The position numbers and the translations under genes are program-made. DNA of 64,000 nt from an uncultured delta proteobacterium (GTDB lineage: Bacteria > Myxococcota > Myxococcia > Myxococcales > Myxococcaceae): positions 79,932 to 143,931 of the forward strand of contig CAVYSY010000027.1 of assembly GCA_963771175.1 (NCBI GenBank), read 5' to 3'. This document shows, piece after piece, positions 22,114 to 33,019 of the stretch (the stretch's first letter is position 1; every line of letters begins with the position of its first letter). Under the pieces are notes generated by a model. It was not told where the DNA came from. It searched no databases and saw nothing but the letters and a program-made list of their open reading frames with translations.

Positions 22114-22371
22114 GGGGGACTCCTGGTGGCGGGGTGCGGTTGGACTCCGCGCCCATCATCCCCGGCGCCCCGTCGACCTTTCCACAGGCCACCTGTAGGA
22201 ACTTCAGCCTTCAGGGTGGGGCGTCACACCTCCGCGCAGGTAGGCGTAAATCGCCCAACGGAAGACGGGGGGCTTGGCGCGTCCAATGCCAGACAGACCC
22301 TGTATTTCCGACAGGAACGACTCGGCAAAGCCTTTGCAGCGGGGGAGGCGAAGCTCTTCAGGGGGTGCGCC

Positions 22372-22545
22372 ATGCGCGGAGTCATCACCGGACGTGAGGT
22401 GCTCGAGAACCTCGGTCTCATCTACCGGGAGTTCGGAGCCACCTGTCTCCTGCGCTGTCTGTGGGCCCTCATGCGCGGGCGCAGCACCACCTTCCTCGAG
22501 GTGGCCTGCCAACCCGAGCCGGAGTCCTTCGACCGCTTCCGCTAG
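22372..22545 (+). CDS. Small hypothetical protein (57 aa)
   Basis: GGGGG RBS then ATG; MRGVITGREVLENLGLIYREFG; good codon bias. Confidence 0.55.
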   Translation: MRGVITGREVLENLGLIYREFGATCLLRCLWALMRGRSTTFLEVACQPEPESFDRFR

Positions 22546-24044
22546 GACTCGTCTTCCGACTTCGGCGGAGACGCCGGAGTGGCAGTGGCACCCGGAGCCT
22601 TGGCCGCGTACGTCACCACGGGCCCGCCGCCGCCCCCGCCCCTGACGGGGTCCACGACCAGACCCCTCGTTCCTCCGCTCCGGAGGACGCCCCTGTGGCC
22701 GCGGCTCTCGCGGCCCCTGCTGTCCCGAGGGCCTCGCCCCCTGCTCTCCCCACGGGCGCTGTCCGTCCCCGTTACCCCGCGGGGGACGCTCGCCCTGCGG
22801 AAGCGCTCGCCCTGGGGACGGTCTCCCCGGGAGGACGCTCGCCCTGGGGACGGTCTCCCCGGGGAGGACGCTCGCCCTGGGGACGGTCTCCCCGGGGAGG
22901 ACGCTCGCCCTGGGGACGGTCTCCTCGGGGGGGCCGCTCGCCCCGGGGACGGAACTCGCGGGGCCCCTGCTGCTCCGGGGGTCGCGGGCTCTGTTCCGAG
23001 AACTGGCGCGGACCCTCTCCGTTGCCGCGCGGGGGACGGTCTCCCCGGGGGGGACGGTCTCCCGGCGGGAAGCGCTCGCCTTGGGGACGCTCGCCCTGGG
23101 GACGCCCGCCCTGCTGGAAGCGCTCGCCCTGGGGACGGTCTCCCCGGGGGACGGTCTCCCGGCGGGAAGCGCTCGCCGCGTGGGCGCTCGTCCCGAGGAG
23201 GACGCCCACCGCCGAACCTGTCTCCCGGGCCATTGCCGTTGAAGCGGCCCTCGCCGTTGCGCGGACCTCCGGAGAAGCGGCGCTCGCGCCCGCCCTCGGG
23301 CTGGAAGCGGCCCGTGGGCTCGAAGTCCGGCGTCAGCTCGCGCTTCACGTACGCCCGCCAGATTTCGGGCGCATCACCCGCTCGCGCCCGCAGGCTCGGG
23401 TCCGCCAGCTCGAAGTAGCGGCGCAGGTTCTCCAGGTCGCGCTTGAAGAAGAACTCGGCCTGGCTGTTGGCCGCCGCGTCCACCACCTGCGGGAAGTCGA
23501 TGATGGTGGCCCCGCGGTTGCCCAGCAGGATGTTGAACGCCGACAGGTCCCCGTGGATGAGGTCGCAGCACAACATCCGGATGGCCTGGTTGCGCAGGTC
23601 GAAGTACAGCGCCGACGCCTCCTCGGGCGTGAGCGCGGCCTCCTCCAGCCGGGGCGCCGGGTGACCCTCGAGGTCCAGCACCAGCTCCATCAGCAGCACG
23701 CCCTCGTAGAACATCACCGGCTTGGGCACGCACACGCCGGCCGCGTACAGCTTGCCCAGCGCGTCCGCCTCGGCCGTCTTCCAGGCATCCTCCGCCGCCC
23801 GGACGCCGAAGCGGCTCCCCTTGGCGATGGCTCGCGCGGTGCGGCTGTTGCGCACCTGCCGGCCCTCCCGGTAGCCCGAGTTGTTGCGGAAGTTGCGGTG
23901 CTCGCGCTCCTTGTAGATCTTGGCCGCGACGATCTCGCCGCCGTGGCGGACAAGGTACACGTCCGCCTCCTTGCCACTCTTGAGGCGACCCACGACCTCG
24001 TCAATCACACCATCGGTCAGAAGAACTTGAAGCGCTTCGTTCAT
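22542..24044 (-). CDS. RIO1-family Ser/Thr kinase with RG/RP-rich low-complexity tail (tail frameshifted)
   Basis: LKSGKEADVY, AAKIY, IHGDLSAFNIL, IIDFPQ. Confidence 0.9.
   Translation of the reverse strand: MNEALQVLLTDGVIDEVVGRLKSGKEADVYLVRHGGEIVAAKIYKEREHRNFRNNSGYREGRQVRNSRTARAIAKGSRFGVRAAEDAWKTAEADALGKLYAAGVCVPKPVMFYEGVLLMELVLDLEGHPAPRLEEAALTPEEASALYFDLRNQAIRMLCCDLIHGDLSAFNILLGNRGATIIDFPQVVDAAANSQAEFFFKRDLENLRRYFELADPSLRARAGDAPEIWRAYVKRELTPDFEPTGRFQPEGGRERRFSGGPRNGEGRFNGNGPGDRFGGGRPPRDERPRGERFPPGDRPPGRPSPGRALPAGRASPGRASPRRALPAGRPSPPGRPSPARQRRGSAPVLGTEPATPGAAGAPRVPSPGRAAPPRRPSPGRASSPGRPSPGRASSPGRPSPGRASSRGDRPQGERFRRASVPRGVTGTDSARGESRGRGPRDSRGRESRGHRGVLRSGGTRGLVVDPVRGGGGGGPVVTYAAKAPGATATPASPPKSEDES
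22804..22949. repeat. 33-bp coding tandem repeat, about 4 copies (PPRGDRPQGER)
   Basis: cgctcgccctggggacggtctccccggggagga repeated head to tail. Confidence 0.85.
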
Positions 24045-24075
24045 GCGTTTGCGTGTCGAAAGGCTTGGAGTCCTA

Positions 24076-25691
24076 TCACGTATTCCGGGTGGTGCTCACC
24101 CTACATGTGCAGCGGGACTCGATTGGAGCCTCTTCGACCGGGGGTACATGGGGCCACCCGGGCAGGGGTCCCTTGCCCGCCTCCCGGGCGAGGTAGTCGG
24201 CGGCGATGTTCGCGCTCTCCATGATGGTGAGCAGCCCGCTGCCCGGGTGCGTGCCCCCGCCCACCCAGTAGAGCCCCTCGACGCTGCGGGCTCTTCACCT
24301 TCGGCCGCAGCGGCCCGAGCTGCAGCCAGGTGTGCGAGAGGTTGAAGACCGCCCCGCGGAAGACGTTGAAGTCGTCCCGCCACGTCTCCGCGGTGAAGTA
24401 GCGCTCGGCGCGGATGTGCTGGCGCACGCCCTTCAGCCCCACCTTCTCCAGCATGGCCGGAATCCGCTCGCGCAGCATGCGCTCCGTGGCGCGCCCAGTC
24501 CACCGGCCGCGAGGTGTTGGGCGTGGGCACCAGCACGTACAGCGTGGAGTGGCCCGTCGGGCGCCCCGCTCGGGTCCGTCACGCTCGGGTTGCAGACGTA
24601 GAAGGGCGGGTCGTCCAGGTCGACGCTGCGGTCCTCCAGCGCGCGCCGGTCCGTGCGCCGCGCGCTGCTCGGACAGGTAGATGAGGTGGTGCGGCAGCTC
24701 GTCGTAGACGCGGTCCAGCCCGAGGTAGACCATGAAGGTGCTGCACGAGTACTTCGCCTTCTCCAGCGCGCGCGTCGCGTCAGCCGCGTGCCCTGGCGCG
24801 CGCCTCGGGGGAACGAGCTTCTGGCGCCGCGTAGGGCAGGTCCGCGTTCACCACCACCGCGTCCGCCTCCAGCGCGCTCGCCGCTGGCCAGCCGCACGCC
24901 CGCCGCGCGCGCCGTCCTCCACCAGCACCTGCTCCACCGGCGCTCGCCCATGCGGAAGGTGGCGCCCAGGTCCTCCGCGCACTTCTTCATCCCCCGCGCC
25001 AGCGCCCGGAAGCCGCCCTCCACGTGCCACACCCCGAAGGCCAGCTCCAGGAACGGGATGACGCTGAAGACGCAGGAGCAGGTGGTGGGGTGCAGCCCCA
25101 GGTACTTCGAGGGGTAGGCGAGCGCGTAGGTCATGCGGTCGTCGTGGAAGAAGCTCGTCCAGGTGCCGGTAGAGCGTCTGCCACGGCTTGAAGCGCAGCG
25201 TGGGCGAGCAGCCGCCAGGGCGCGTAGTAGCCGAGGCTCGCCGGCGTGCGTGGCGATGAACTTCTCGTAGGCGATGCGCGTACTTCTCCCGGCGCCTCCG
25301 CCAGCCAGCGGCGCAGCGCGCGCGGCCTTGTCCGGGCCGAACTTCGCCACCTCGCGCTCCATGCGCGCCGCGTCCCGCGAGGTGTCCAGGTGCGTGCCGT
25401 CCCAGAAGTGCACCCGGGTGTTCGGGTCCACGCGGCACCAGCGTCACGTAGTCCTCGAGCCGCTTGCCCGAGCGCTCGAAGATGCGCTCCAGCACCCCGG
25501 GCAGCTGGAGGATGGACGGCCCGGTGTCCAGCGCGTACTCGCCCTGCTCGCCCAGGGTGAGCCCCTTCATGCGGCCGCCCGGGACCGGCGTCCTTCTCCA
25601 CCACGGTGACCTTCAGGCCCAGCCCGGCGAGGTTGATGGCCGCGGCCAGGCCCCCGGGTCCCGCTCCCACGACGATGACGTGACGTACCAT
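24076..25691 (-). CDS. Phytoene desaturase family protein, CrtI-like (many frameshifts)
   Basis: VIVVGAGPGGLA, DTGPSIL, GVWHVEGG, GGGTHPGSGL. Confidence 0.85.
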
Positions 25692-25791
25692 GACGGGCCT
25701 ACGATGCCTGGGGCCGGCCTTCGTTTCAGCCTTTCCGCGCGGGGGCTGCCAGGGCGGTTGCTTGACGCACCCGCCAGGATAGGGTCGCCTC

Positions 25792-26555
25792 ATGCCCGGA
25801 ACGAGGCAGCGCCCCCAGTGTCTCCTGGTTTTACTGCTCGTCGGACTGGCATGCACGCCGCCCAGACCCGTCGAGGGCGTCTGGCGGCCTGGCCCCGGGG
25901 AGGACGCGGATTACATCCCAGGACCGATGAAGAACTTCGGGTCGTTCGACTCCTACCCGGACGCGCTCAAAGCGGCCTGCCCGTTGATTCTCTCCAAACC
26001 CAACGCCACCGTGGGCCACCTCCTGAACTTGGATCCAAAGCTCGCCGCACGAGCCGCAACCGAATATTGCGCCTGGCTCTATTACACGCCGGAGCACAAG
26101 TACGAGATGAGCATGCTGACGGACTTGTCAAAGCCGGATGATCTCGTGACCAACAAGCGAACCTGTATGCTTCCCACGTTCGTGAGCGACCCACGCTACG
26201 AGCGAGGCGAACTCAAGTACATCTTCGCTCTCCACAACCATCCCTTCGGCAGGCCCCTCTCCACGATCGACTATCGGTTCATCGAGGAATTGGCCCGTCA
26301 TCACGACTGGGAAGTCGAGACAACGGCGGGCAAGCTCCGGCTCGCGGTCATCGCTTTCTTCTCAAACTCGAGGACCCCGCGGCGCCCACCTGCGATGGCT
26401 TCTATCAATATGTTCCAGCCACACACGAGGTCATGACATGGGTCCAGACGCAGGGCCAATGGAAAAGGACCCTGCACAAAGTTCTCAGATGGCTCGATGA
26501 CGGGACCTACCGCCTCGAAAACATCCAGGAAGACTCCGGCCAGAATCCAGATTGA
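25792..26555 (+). CDS. Lipoprotein with JAB/MPN-like motif (frameshift near 26370)
   Basis: Lipobox GLAC; EYCAWLY...HNHPFGRPLSTID; continues CDGFYQYVP to TGA at 26555. Confidence 0.65.
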
Positions 26556-26564
26556 GGATGTTTC

Positions 26565-27419
26565 ATGACAACGAGAAAGCTGATTTTCGTCATTATCCTC
26601 GCCCTTGCCAGCTGCGCACGAACGTGGGAGCCCTTCTCAACGCGACCGGAGCAGGACAGATCGGTCATCTTTCCGCTGTCCGTCGGCGGGGGTCTCGTCG
26701 AAATCAACGCCCAGGAGAAGACGTATGAATTGGACGGAGAGGTGCTGCGTGCGCTGATGATTGTCTCCAATGACCTCTTCCCTCCGGATACGTCCAAGCT
26801 GGACCTGTCGTGCAGGGCCAGACAACAGGCACATACGTTCCGGTTCACCCGTCGGGGAGATGTCATCTTCGTCTACGTCAACGAAAATCCCGCCTACTGC
26901 GGCCGCACGGTGCCCGCCATGGATTCAGGCGCGAAATACGCGATCAGCAAGGATGGCCGTATCCTCCGGCGTGTTCTCGATGCGATTGATGAGGATGATC
27001 ACATCTGGAGCCTGAAGACACCCGATGGTGGGACGGTGACCGTGGTCACGGAATCGGAGGACATTCCCGACCAGGAGGACCTGGAGAAGCCTGACAGCGG
27101 GATTCTGAAAATCGTCACGGAGCCAGTGAACATGCCCGGTGTGATGGTCTTCGAACCAACCCCGGGTTTCAAACCAGTCGAAGAGGGACCGGGAAACCTT
27201 CTTGGCAGCTCGATGTTTCCATTTGATCCCGAGGGCAGATGGCAATGGCGGAACGGCAAGCGCGTCGCCGTGACCCAGGAGCCCCCACCGGCTCCCGCCT
27301 CGGACCTGGATGGAGGCACCTCCGACGCGGGCTGGGATGGCGGAGTTCCTGGAGCCGCCGGGCCAGGGAGCCTCAGTGCACCCCCGCCCCCAATGGACGC
27401 CGGGGCAACCGCACCGTGA
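26565..27419 (+). CDS. Hypothetical lipoprotein, partner of the upstream gene
   Basis: Lipobox LASC; GAGG RBS overlapping the upstream stop. Confidence 0.7.
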   Translation: MTTRKLIFVIILALASCARTWEPFSTRPEQDRSVIFPLSVGGGLVEINAQEKTYELDGEVLRALMIVSNDLFPPDTSKLDLSCRARQQAHTFRFTRRGDVIFVYVNENPAYCGRTVPAMDSGAKYAISKDGRILRRVLDAIDEDDHIWSLKTPDGGTVTVVTESEDIPDQEDLEKPDSGILKIVTEPVNMPGVMVFEPTPGFKPVEEGPGNLLGSSMFPFDPEGRWQWRNGKRVAVTQEPPPAPASDLDGGTSDAGWDGGVPGAAGPGSLSAPPPPMDAGATAP

Positions 27420-28656
27420 AGGTAGTGCCCTCCTCCGCGGTGGAGCGCACCGAGATGGTGCCCCCGTGCGCCCGGACGATCTGCTCGACATGGAAGGGCT
27501 CGAAGATGGACGCGAGCCGCGCGGGCGAGAATGGGCTCCCCCTCGTTGTGCACCTCCAGCAGTAGGGACGACTCCCCCTCGTCCTGGAGCGTGAAGCGCA
27601 CCCGCGTCTCCTCGGGGCTGTAGTCCAGCGCGTTCTTCCCCAGGTTGATGAGCAGTTGGGACAGCCGGTCCGGGTCCCACTCGCCCTGGAGGTTCCCCTC
27701 CACCTTCAGCACCACCTCCCGCCCGGGGCGTCCCGCCTCCAGTTCCTCCACCACCTCCCGGCAGAGCGCGCCCAGGTCCACCGAACGGACACTGATGGGG
27801 ATGCCTCCCCCCAGCCGCCCCCTCGCGAAGTCGAGCAGGTCCGAGACCATCCGCGTCATGCGCTCGGCGCTCGTGACGATGCGGCGCACGCTCGTCAAAT
27901 AGCGCTCGCCCAGGTCGTCCGAACGCAGCAGCGCGTGGGCCGACAGCAGGATGGCGTTGAGCGGATTGCGCAGGTCATGCGAGACGATGCTGCGGTGCGC
28001 GACTCCTGCTCGCGCAGCAGTGTCAGCGCCCCCTCTGCCTCCTCCTTCGCCTGGCGCTCGCGAGCCGCCAGTTGCGCCTGGACGATGAGGGCGGTGGCCC
28101 GGCCCATCATGGAGTGGAAGAGCAGCACGTCCTCTCCGGAGAACTCGAAGGCGCTGCGGCTGCCCATGAGCGCCACCCCGAGCGCCTGGAAGGTGCGCTC
28201 GCGCGAGCGGGCATGGCGGGCGATGGCGGCGACCATCAACTCGTCGAAGGCCTGGTTGAAGCGCTCCACCTCCCACAGCGCCACGGACAGCTCTCCGGGG
28301 TAGGTGCGCTCAACGTGCTCGCCGTACAGCCGCAGGATGCTGGTACGCAGGGCGGAGTACTCGTTGGACACCTCCTCCAGGTCGAACCCCAGGTCCAGCC
28401 GCTCCAGCCCGTGGAGCTCCGGCGTCTCCGCCTCCTCCCGTCGCGCTCCCTGGTGGAACCCCTCCACCCGCTCCGCCACCCGCTCGAGCAGGACGGGCAG
28501 GTGGCTGACGAGCCGGGGATTGGGCAGGCCCTGGAGGGAGGGCAGCAGGCGCACCGCTCGCTCCCATTGCTCCTGGATGCGCGCGTGGTGTCCCCGGATG
28601 AAGTCGTGAAGGTGCAGGAGATCTCGCACCTCCAGCGGTGGCTCATGCTCCGCCAT
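27373..28656 (-). pseudogene. Degenerate sensor histidine kinase (RsbRD_N-like, partial GAF, HisKA, HATPase lacking G2 box)
   Basis: [31 protein letters not shown] joined directly to [10 protein letters not shown]; frameshifts. Confidence 0.7.
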
Positions 28657-28818
28657 GCCCTGAAGATGGAGCCGCCCCCGCCATGCGCACCACGGCCGAG
28701 AGCGTCCCCTCCAACCCAGGCGCGTGAAGTCCACCACTTGTCAGCCTCCTCCGCTGCCCCACACGCGGGCGGCCACGGCAAGCGACTCGCGCCTAGACTG
28801 CGCACGATTGGGGGACCC

Positions 28819-29298
28819 ATGGTGATGTCCACGGCTCGCGAGGTCCTTCTCTTCACACTGGAGGGGCACCGCTATGCGCTGCCCACGGAGGACGTGCGCG
28901 AGCTGGTGCGGGCCGTGCGCCTCACCCCCCTGCCCCGGGCGCCCGCCGTGGTGGAGGGGCTGCTGGACCTGCGCGGAGAGCTCCTCCCCGTGCTGGACAT
29001 GCGTCGCCGCTTCCGCCTGCCCGCACGCCCGCTCGCTTCCTCGGACCACCTCGTGGTGGCGCAGGCCGGGCCCCGCCGCGTCGCGCTGCGGGTGGACCGC
29101 GCCGAGGGCCTGCTCACCCTGGAGCCGGGCCAGCTCGATGAGTCGCCCCGGGAGCTGCCGGGCGTGGGCTACGTCGCCGGTGCCCTCAAGCTGCCCGACG
29201 GGCTGGTGCTCCTCCATGACCTGCGCACCTTCCTCTCCGAGGCGGAGGGGCTCGCATTGGAGGAGGCGCTCGCGGAGCAGGAAGGAGCCTCGCGGTGA
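28819..29298 (+). CDS. cheW: CheW (Che6-like)
   Basis: TPLPRAPAVVEGLLDLRGELLPVLD. Confidence 0.9.
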   Translation: MVMSTAREVLLFTLEGHRYALPTEDVRELVRAVRLTPLPRAPAVVEGLLDLRGELLPVLDMRRRFRLPARPLASSDHLVVAQAGPRRVALRVDRAEGLLTLEPGQLDESPRELPGVGYVAGALKLPDGLVLLHDLRTFLSEAEGLALEEALAEQEGASR

Positions 29299-30744
29299 TG
29301 GACGGCACCCGCTCCTGGCTCCACCCCGGCTACGTCGCGGTCATCGACCTCGTCGCCGCGCGCGCCGGCCTCTTGCCTCCGAGCTATCCACCGGCCGCCA
29401 TGGAGGGCATCGACCGGGCCATGGCCCGCGCCGGCCTGCCCGCCGACTTCGACGCCTACCTCGCGCGGCTCGAGGCGGACCCCTCGGCCCTGGATGACCT
29501 GCTGGTGGAGCTCACCATCGGGGAGACGTACTTCTTCCGCAACCCGGAGCACTTCGACTTCGTGCGCCACGAGGTGCTCGCGGACCTCGCCCGGCGCCGG
29601 GGCCCCAGGCACGTGGTGCGCGCGTGGAGCGCCGGCTGCGCCTCGGGCGAGGAGCCCTACTCGCTCGCGGTGCTCCTGCTGGAGGAGGGGTACGGAGACC
29701 GGATGGAGGTGTGGGGCACGGACGTGTCTCGCGCCGCCCTCGCCCGCTCCCGGGTGGCCAGCTATGGCGAGTGGTCCCTGCGTGGCCCCCAGGCGCACCG
29801 CATGCGGCCCTTCCTGCGCCAGGAAGGCAAGCGCTACTCCCTCGCTCCCGAGGTGCGCGACCGCGTCCGGTTCGGCTACCTCAACCTCGCCGAGGACTCC
29901 TGGCCGTCCGCCACCTCCGGCATCTGGGGCATGGACATCATCTTCTGCCGCAACGTCCTCATCTACTTCAACCGCCCCACCATCGAGGCCGTGGCCCGGC
30001 GGCTCCACGCCGCCCTCGCCGACGGGGGCTTCCTCATCCCCGGACCCTCGGACCCCTCGCTCATCGGGCTCGCACACTTCGAGGCGGTCCCCACCGACTG
30101 GGGCGTCGTCTACCGCCGGCCCGTCGCGGGCGACACCGCGAGGCCCACGCCCCGCCGCCCCGACACGCCCTCGCGGTTTCCCGCCACTCCGCCGCCTGCC
30201 TCCTGCTCCGCCCGCGCCCGGACCTCCCCCCGAGGCCTCCGCCGGACCCGATGGGCTGGAGGGCGCGAGGCGGGCCCTCTCCCGCGGGGACTGGCGCGAG
30301 GCGGCGCAACAGGCCGGAGCGCTCCAGGGAGACCCGGGGGCCGCGGCCATGGCGGTGCGCGCCCTGGCCAACCTCGACGCCCAGGCCGCCGTGCGCGCCT
30401 GCGCCGAGGCCATCGTGCGCCACCCGCTGACCGTGGAGCTGCGCTACCTCGAGGCCCTGCTGCTCATGGGCCTCGGCCGGCTGGCGGAGTCCGAGCGCGC
30501 CGCGCGCCAGGCCCTCTACCTCGAGCCCACCCTGGCCGTGGCCCACCTCATGCTCGGCCACATCCTCCGGCGTCAGGGTGACACAGCGGGTGCCCTGCGC
30601 GCCTTCCGCACCGCCGAGTCGCTGTGCGCCACGCTGCCCGAGGACGCGCCGGTCCCCCTGGCCGACGGAGATGTCGCCAGCCGGCTGGTGGAGGTGGCCC
30701 GTGCGGAGCGCACCCGGTTGGAAGCCCATGAGGAGTCGCACTGA
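29298..30744 (+). CDS. cheR: CheR methyltransferase with TPR tail (frameshift near 30180)
   Basis: TIGETYFFR, WSAGCASGEEPYS, IIFCRNVLIYF; TPR QALYLEP. Confidence 0.9.
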
Positions 30745-31373
30745 TGGCGCGAGGCGATGACGCGAAGGACGGCGGGTTGGACTGGGCCGCGGCCTATCGG
30801 AAGCTGGCCCGACTCGCCGCCGCCACCGAGACCTCCACCACCTCCCCCCCCGAGGAGGAGGAGGCCCTGCTCGCCGAGCGAGCGCGCGCACTGGCACGTC
30901 CCCTCTCCCGGGAGACCCAGAGCGGCCCCCTGCTGGAGCTGGTGCACTTCCGCTCCGGCGCGCAGGACTACGCGCTGGAGACGCGCTTCGTGCTGCAGGT
31001 GCTGCGCGCCCCGGAGCAGCTCGTGCCCCTGCCCGGCGCGCCGGAGGTGCTGCGCGGCCTCACCCTGCTGCACGGCGAGGTGCTGGCGGTGGTGGAGCTC
31101 GCGCCCCTCTTCGGGCGGGCCGCTCCCACCACCCACGGGCCCGTGCTGGTGGTGGGCTCGGACCGGCCGGAGCTGGGCCTGCGCGCCGACGTGGTGGAGG
31201 AGGTGCGCCTCGTGGCGCGCGACTCGCTCCTGCCCGCCCCCGCCGCGCTCGGTAGCCGGGAGCGCTCGCTCGTGTCCGGCATCAGCCGCGACGGAATCAC
31301 CGTGCTGGAGGGAGAGGCCCTGCTGGGAGAGGGTCGCCTCTTCTTCGACATCTCCGAGGAAAGGACCTCATGA
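30744..31373 (+). CDS. cheW: Second CheW
   Basis: [10 protein letters not shown]-terminus; [24 protein letters not shown]. Confidence 0.85.
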   Translation: MARGDDAKDGGLDWAAAYRKLARLAAATETSTTSPPEEEEALLAERARALARPLSRETQSGPLLELVHFRSGAQDYALETRFVLQVLRAPEQLVPLPGAPEVLRGLTLLHGEVLAVVELAPLFGRAAPTTHGPVLVVGSDRPELGLRADVVEEVRLVARDSLLPAPAALGSRERSLVSGISRDGITVLEGEALLGEGRLFFDISEERTS

Positions 31374-33019
31374 GCATCGGGAAGAAGATCGCCCTTGGCT
31401 TCGGACTGTCCCTGCTGGTGCTGCTCGCCGTGGCCCTGGTGTCCTTCCAGGGCGCGCAGCAGCTCACCGCCACCGCCCAGAACCTCGTGGAGAGCCGCGA
31501 CCAGGGTCGTGCCATGCGCGAGGTGCGGGCGCTGCTCGTGGATGCCGAGACGGGCCAGCGCGGCTTCCTCGTCACTGGCGAGGAGCGCTACCTGCAGCCC
31601 TACGAGCGAGCCATCCAGCAGGTCAACTCATCGCTCGACACCCTGCGCCAGCATCTGGGCGACGAGCCCGAGCAGCTCACCCGGCTGGCCCGCCTCGAGC
31701 CCCTCATCCGCGACAGGCTCGAGGAGCTGAACACGATCATCCGCCTCCGGAGGGAGCAGGGCCCGCGGGCGGCGGTGGCCCGCATCCAGGAGGAGCGGGG
31801 CCAGCAGCTCATGGAGCAGATCCGCCAGGTGCTCGGCGAAATGCTGGAGGTGGAGAACCGGAACTGGAACCAATTCGATCAGGAAGCCCGGGCCAGCGCC
31901 CGGCACACCCTGGTGGTGCTGGGCCTGGGCACGCTGCTGGGCTTCCTCGTCGTCGGCCTGGGCAGCTATCTCATTACCCGCAGCATCACCGGCCCCCTGG
32001 ACAAGCTCGTGACGGGGGCCGAGCAGATCGGCCGCGGCAACTTCGAGCACCGCATCGACGTGCACAACCAGGACGAGACGGGCGAGCTGGCGCGCGCCTT
32101 CAACGCCATGACCGAGCGCCGCCAGCATGCCGAGGCCCAGCTCGCGAAGCAGGCCCAGGAGCGCGAGCACACCCTGCGGACGGTGGCCGAGTTCGTCAAC
32201 CAGCTCGCCGGCACCACCGCCGAAATCCTCGCCAGCACCACCGAGCAGGTGGCCGGCGCCCAGGAGCAGGGCAGCGCGGTGAGCGAGACGGTGAGCACCA
32301 TCGAGGAGATCGCCCAGACGTCCGAGGAGGCCGCGGGCCGCGCCCGCGCGGTGAGCGAGACGGCGCGCCACTCCGAGGAGGTGGGAAAGAGCGGCCGGCG
32401 CGCGGTGGACGAGGCCATCGCCGCCATGGCCAACGTGCGCGAGCAGGTGGAGTCCATCGCCTCGCGCATCCTCTCCCTGGCCGAGCAGGCCCAGGCCATC
32501 GGCGACATCATCACCACCGTCAACGACATCTCCGAGCAGACGCACATGCTGGCCCTCAACGCCTCCATCGAGGCCAGCCGCGCCGGAGAGCACGGCCGGG
32601 GCTTCGCCGTGGTGGCCGCCGAGGTGAAGGCCCTGGCGGACCAGTCCAAGAAGGCCACCGGTCAGGTGCGGCAGATTCTCGGTCAAATCCAGAAGGCCAC
32701 CCAGGGCGCGGTGATGGCCACCGAGGAGGGCACCAAGAGCGTGGCCGCCGCCACCAAGGTGGTGACGCAGGGGGGCGCCACCATCCAGGCGCTCGGAGAC
32801 CTGCTGGGCCAGGCCTCGCTCACCGCGTCGCAGATTTCGGCCTCCGCCAGCCAGCAGGCCACCGGCATCAGCCAGATACGGCAGGCCATGCGCGACGTGA
32901 ACCAGGCCACCCAGCAGTCGCTCACCAGCACCCGGCAGACGGAGCGCGCGGTGCAGGACCTCAACATCATGGGCCAGAAGCTCAAGGGCCTGCTGAGCGA
33001 GTACAGGCGCACCGCATGA
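31370..33019 (+). CDS. Methyl-accepting chemotaxis protein (CHASE3-HAMP-MA)
   Basis: [44 protein letters not shown]. Confidence 0.95.
   Translation: MSIGKKIALGFGLSLLVLLAVALVSFQGAQQLTATAQNLVESRDQGRAMREVRALLVDAETGQRGFLVTGEERYLQPYERAIQQVNSSLDTLRQHLGDEPEQLTRLARLEPLIRDRLEELNTIIRLRREQGPRAAVARIQEERGQQLMEQIRQVLGEMLEVENRNWNQFDQEARASARHTLVVLGLGTLLGFLVVGLGSYLITRSITGPLDKLVTGAEQIGRGNFEHRIDVHNQDETGELARAFNAMTERRQHAEAQLAKQAQEREHTLRTVAEFVNQLAGTTAEILASTTEQVAGAQEQGSAVSETVSTIEEIAQTSEEAAGRARAVSETARHSEEVGKSGRRAVDEAIAAMANVREQVESIASRILSLAEQAQAIGDIITTVNDISEQTHMLALNASIEASRAGEHGRGFAVVAAEVKALADQSKKATGQVRQILGQIQKATQGAVMATEEGTKSVAAATKVVTQGGATIQALGDLLGQASLTASQISASASQQATGISQIRQAMRDVNQATQQSLTSTRQTERAVQDLNIMGQKLKGLLSEYRRTA

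Noticed and set aside
22804..22949. 33-bp repeats as a CRISPR array
   Set aside because: Head-to-tail with no unique spacers, multiple of 3, inside a CDS, and no cas genes
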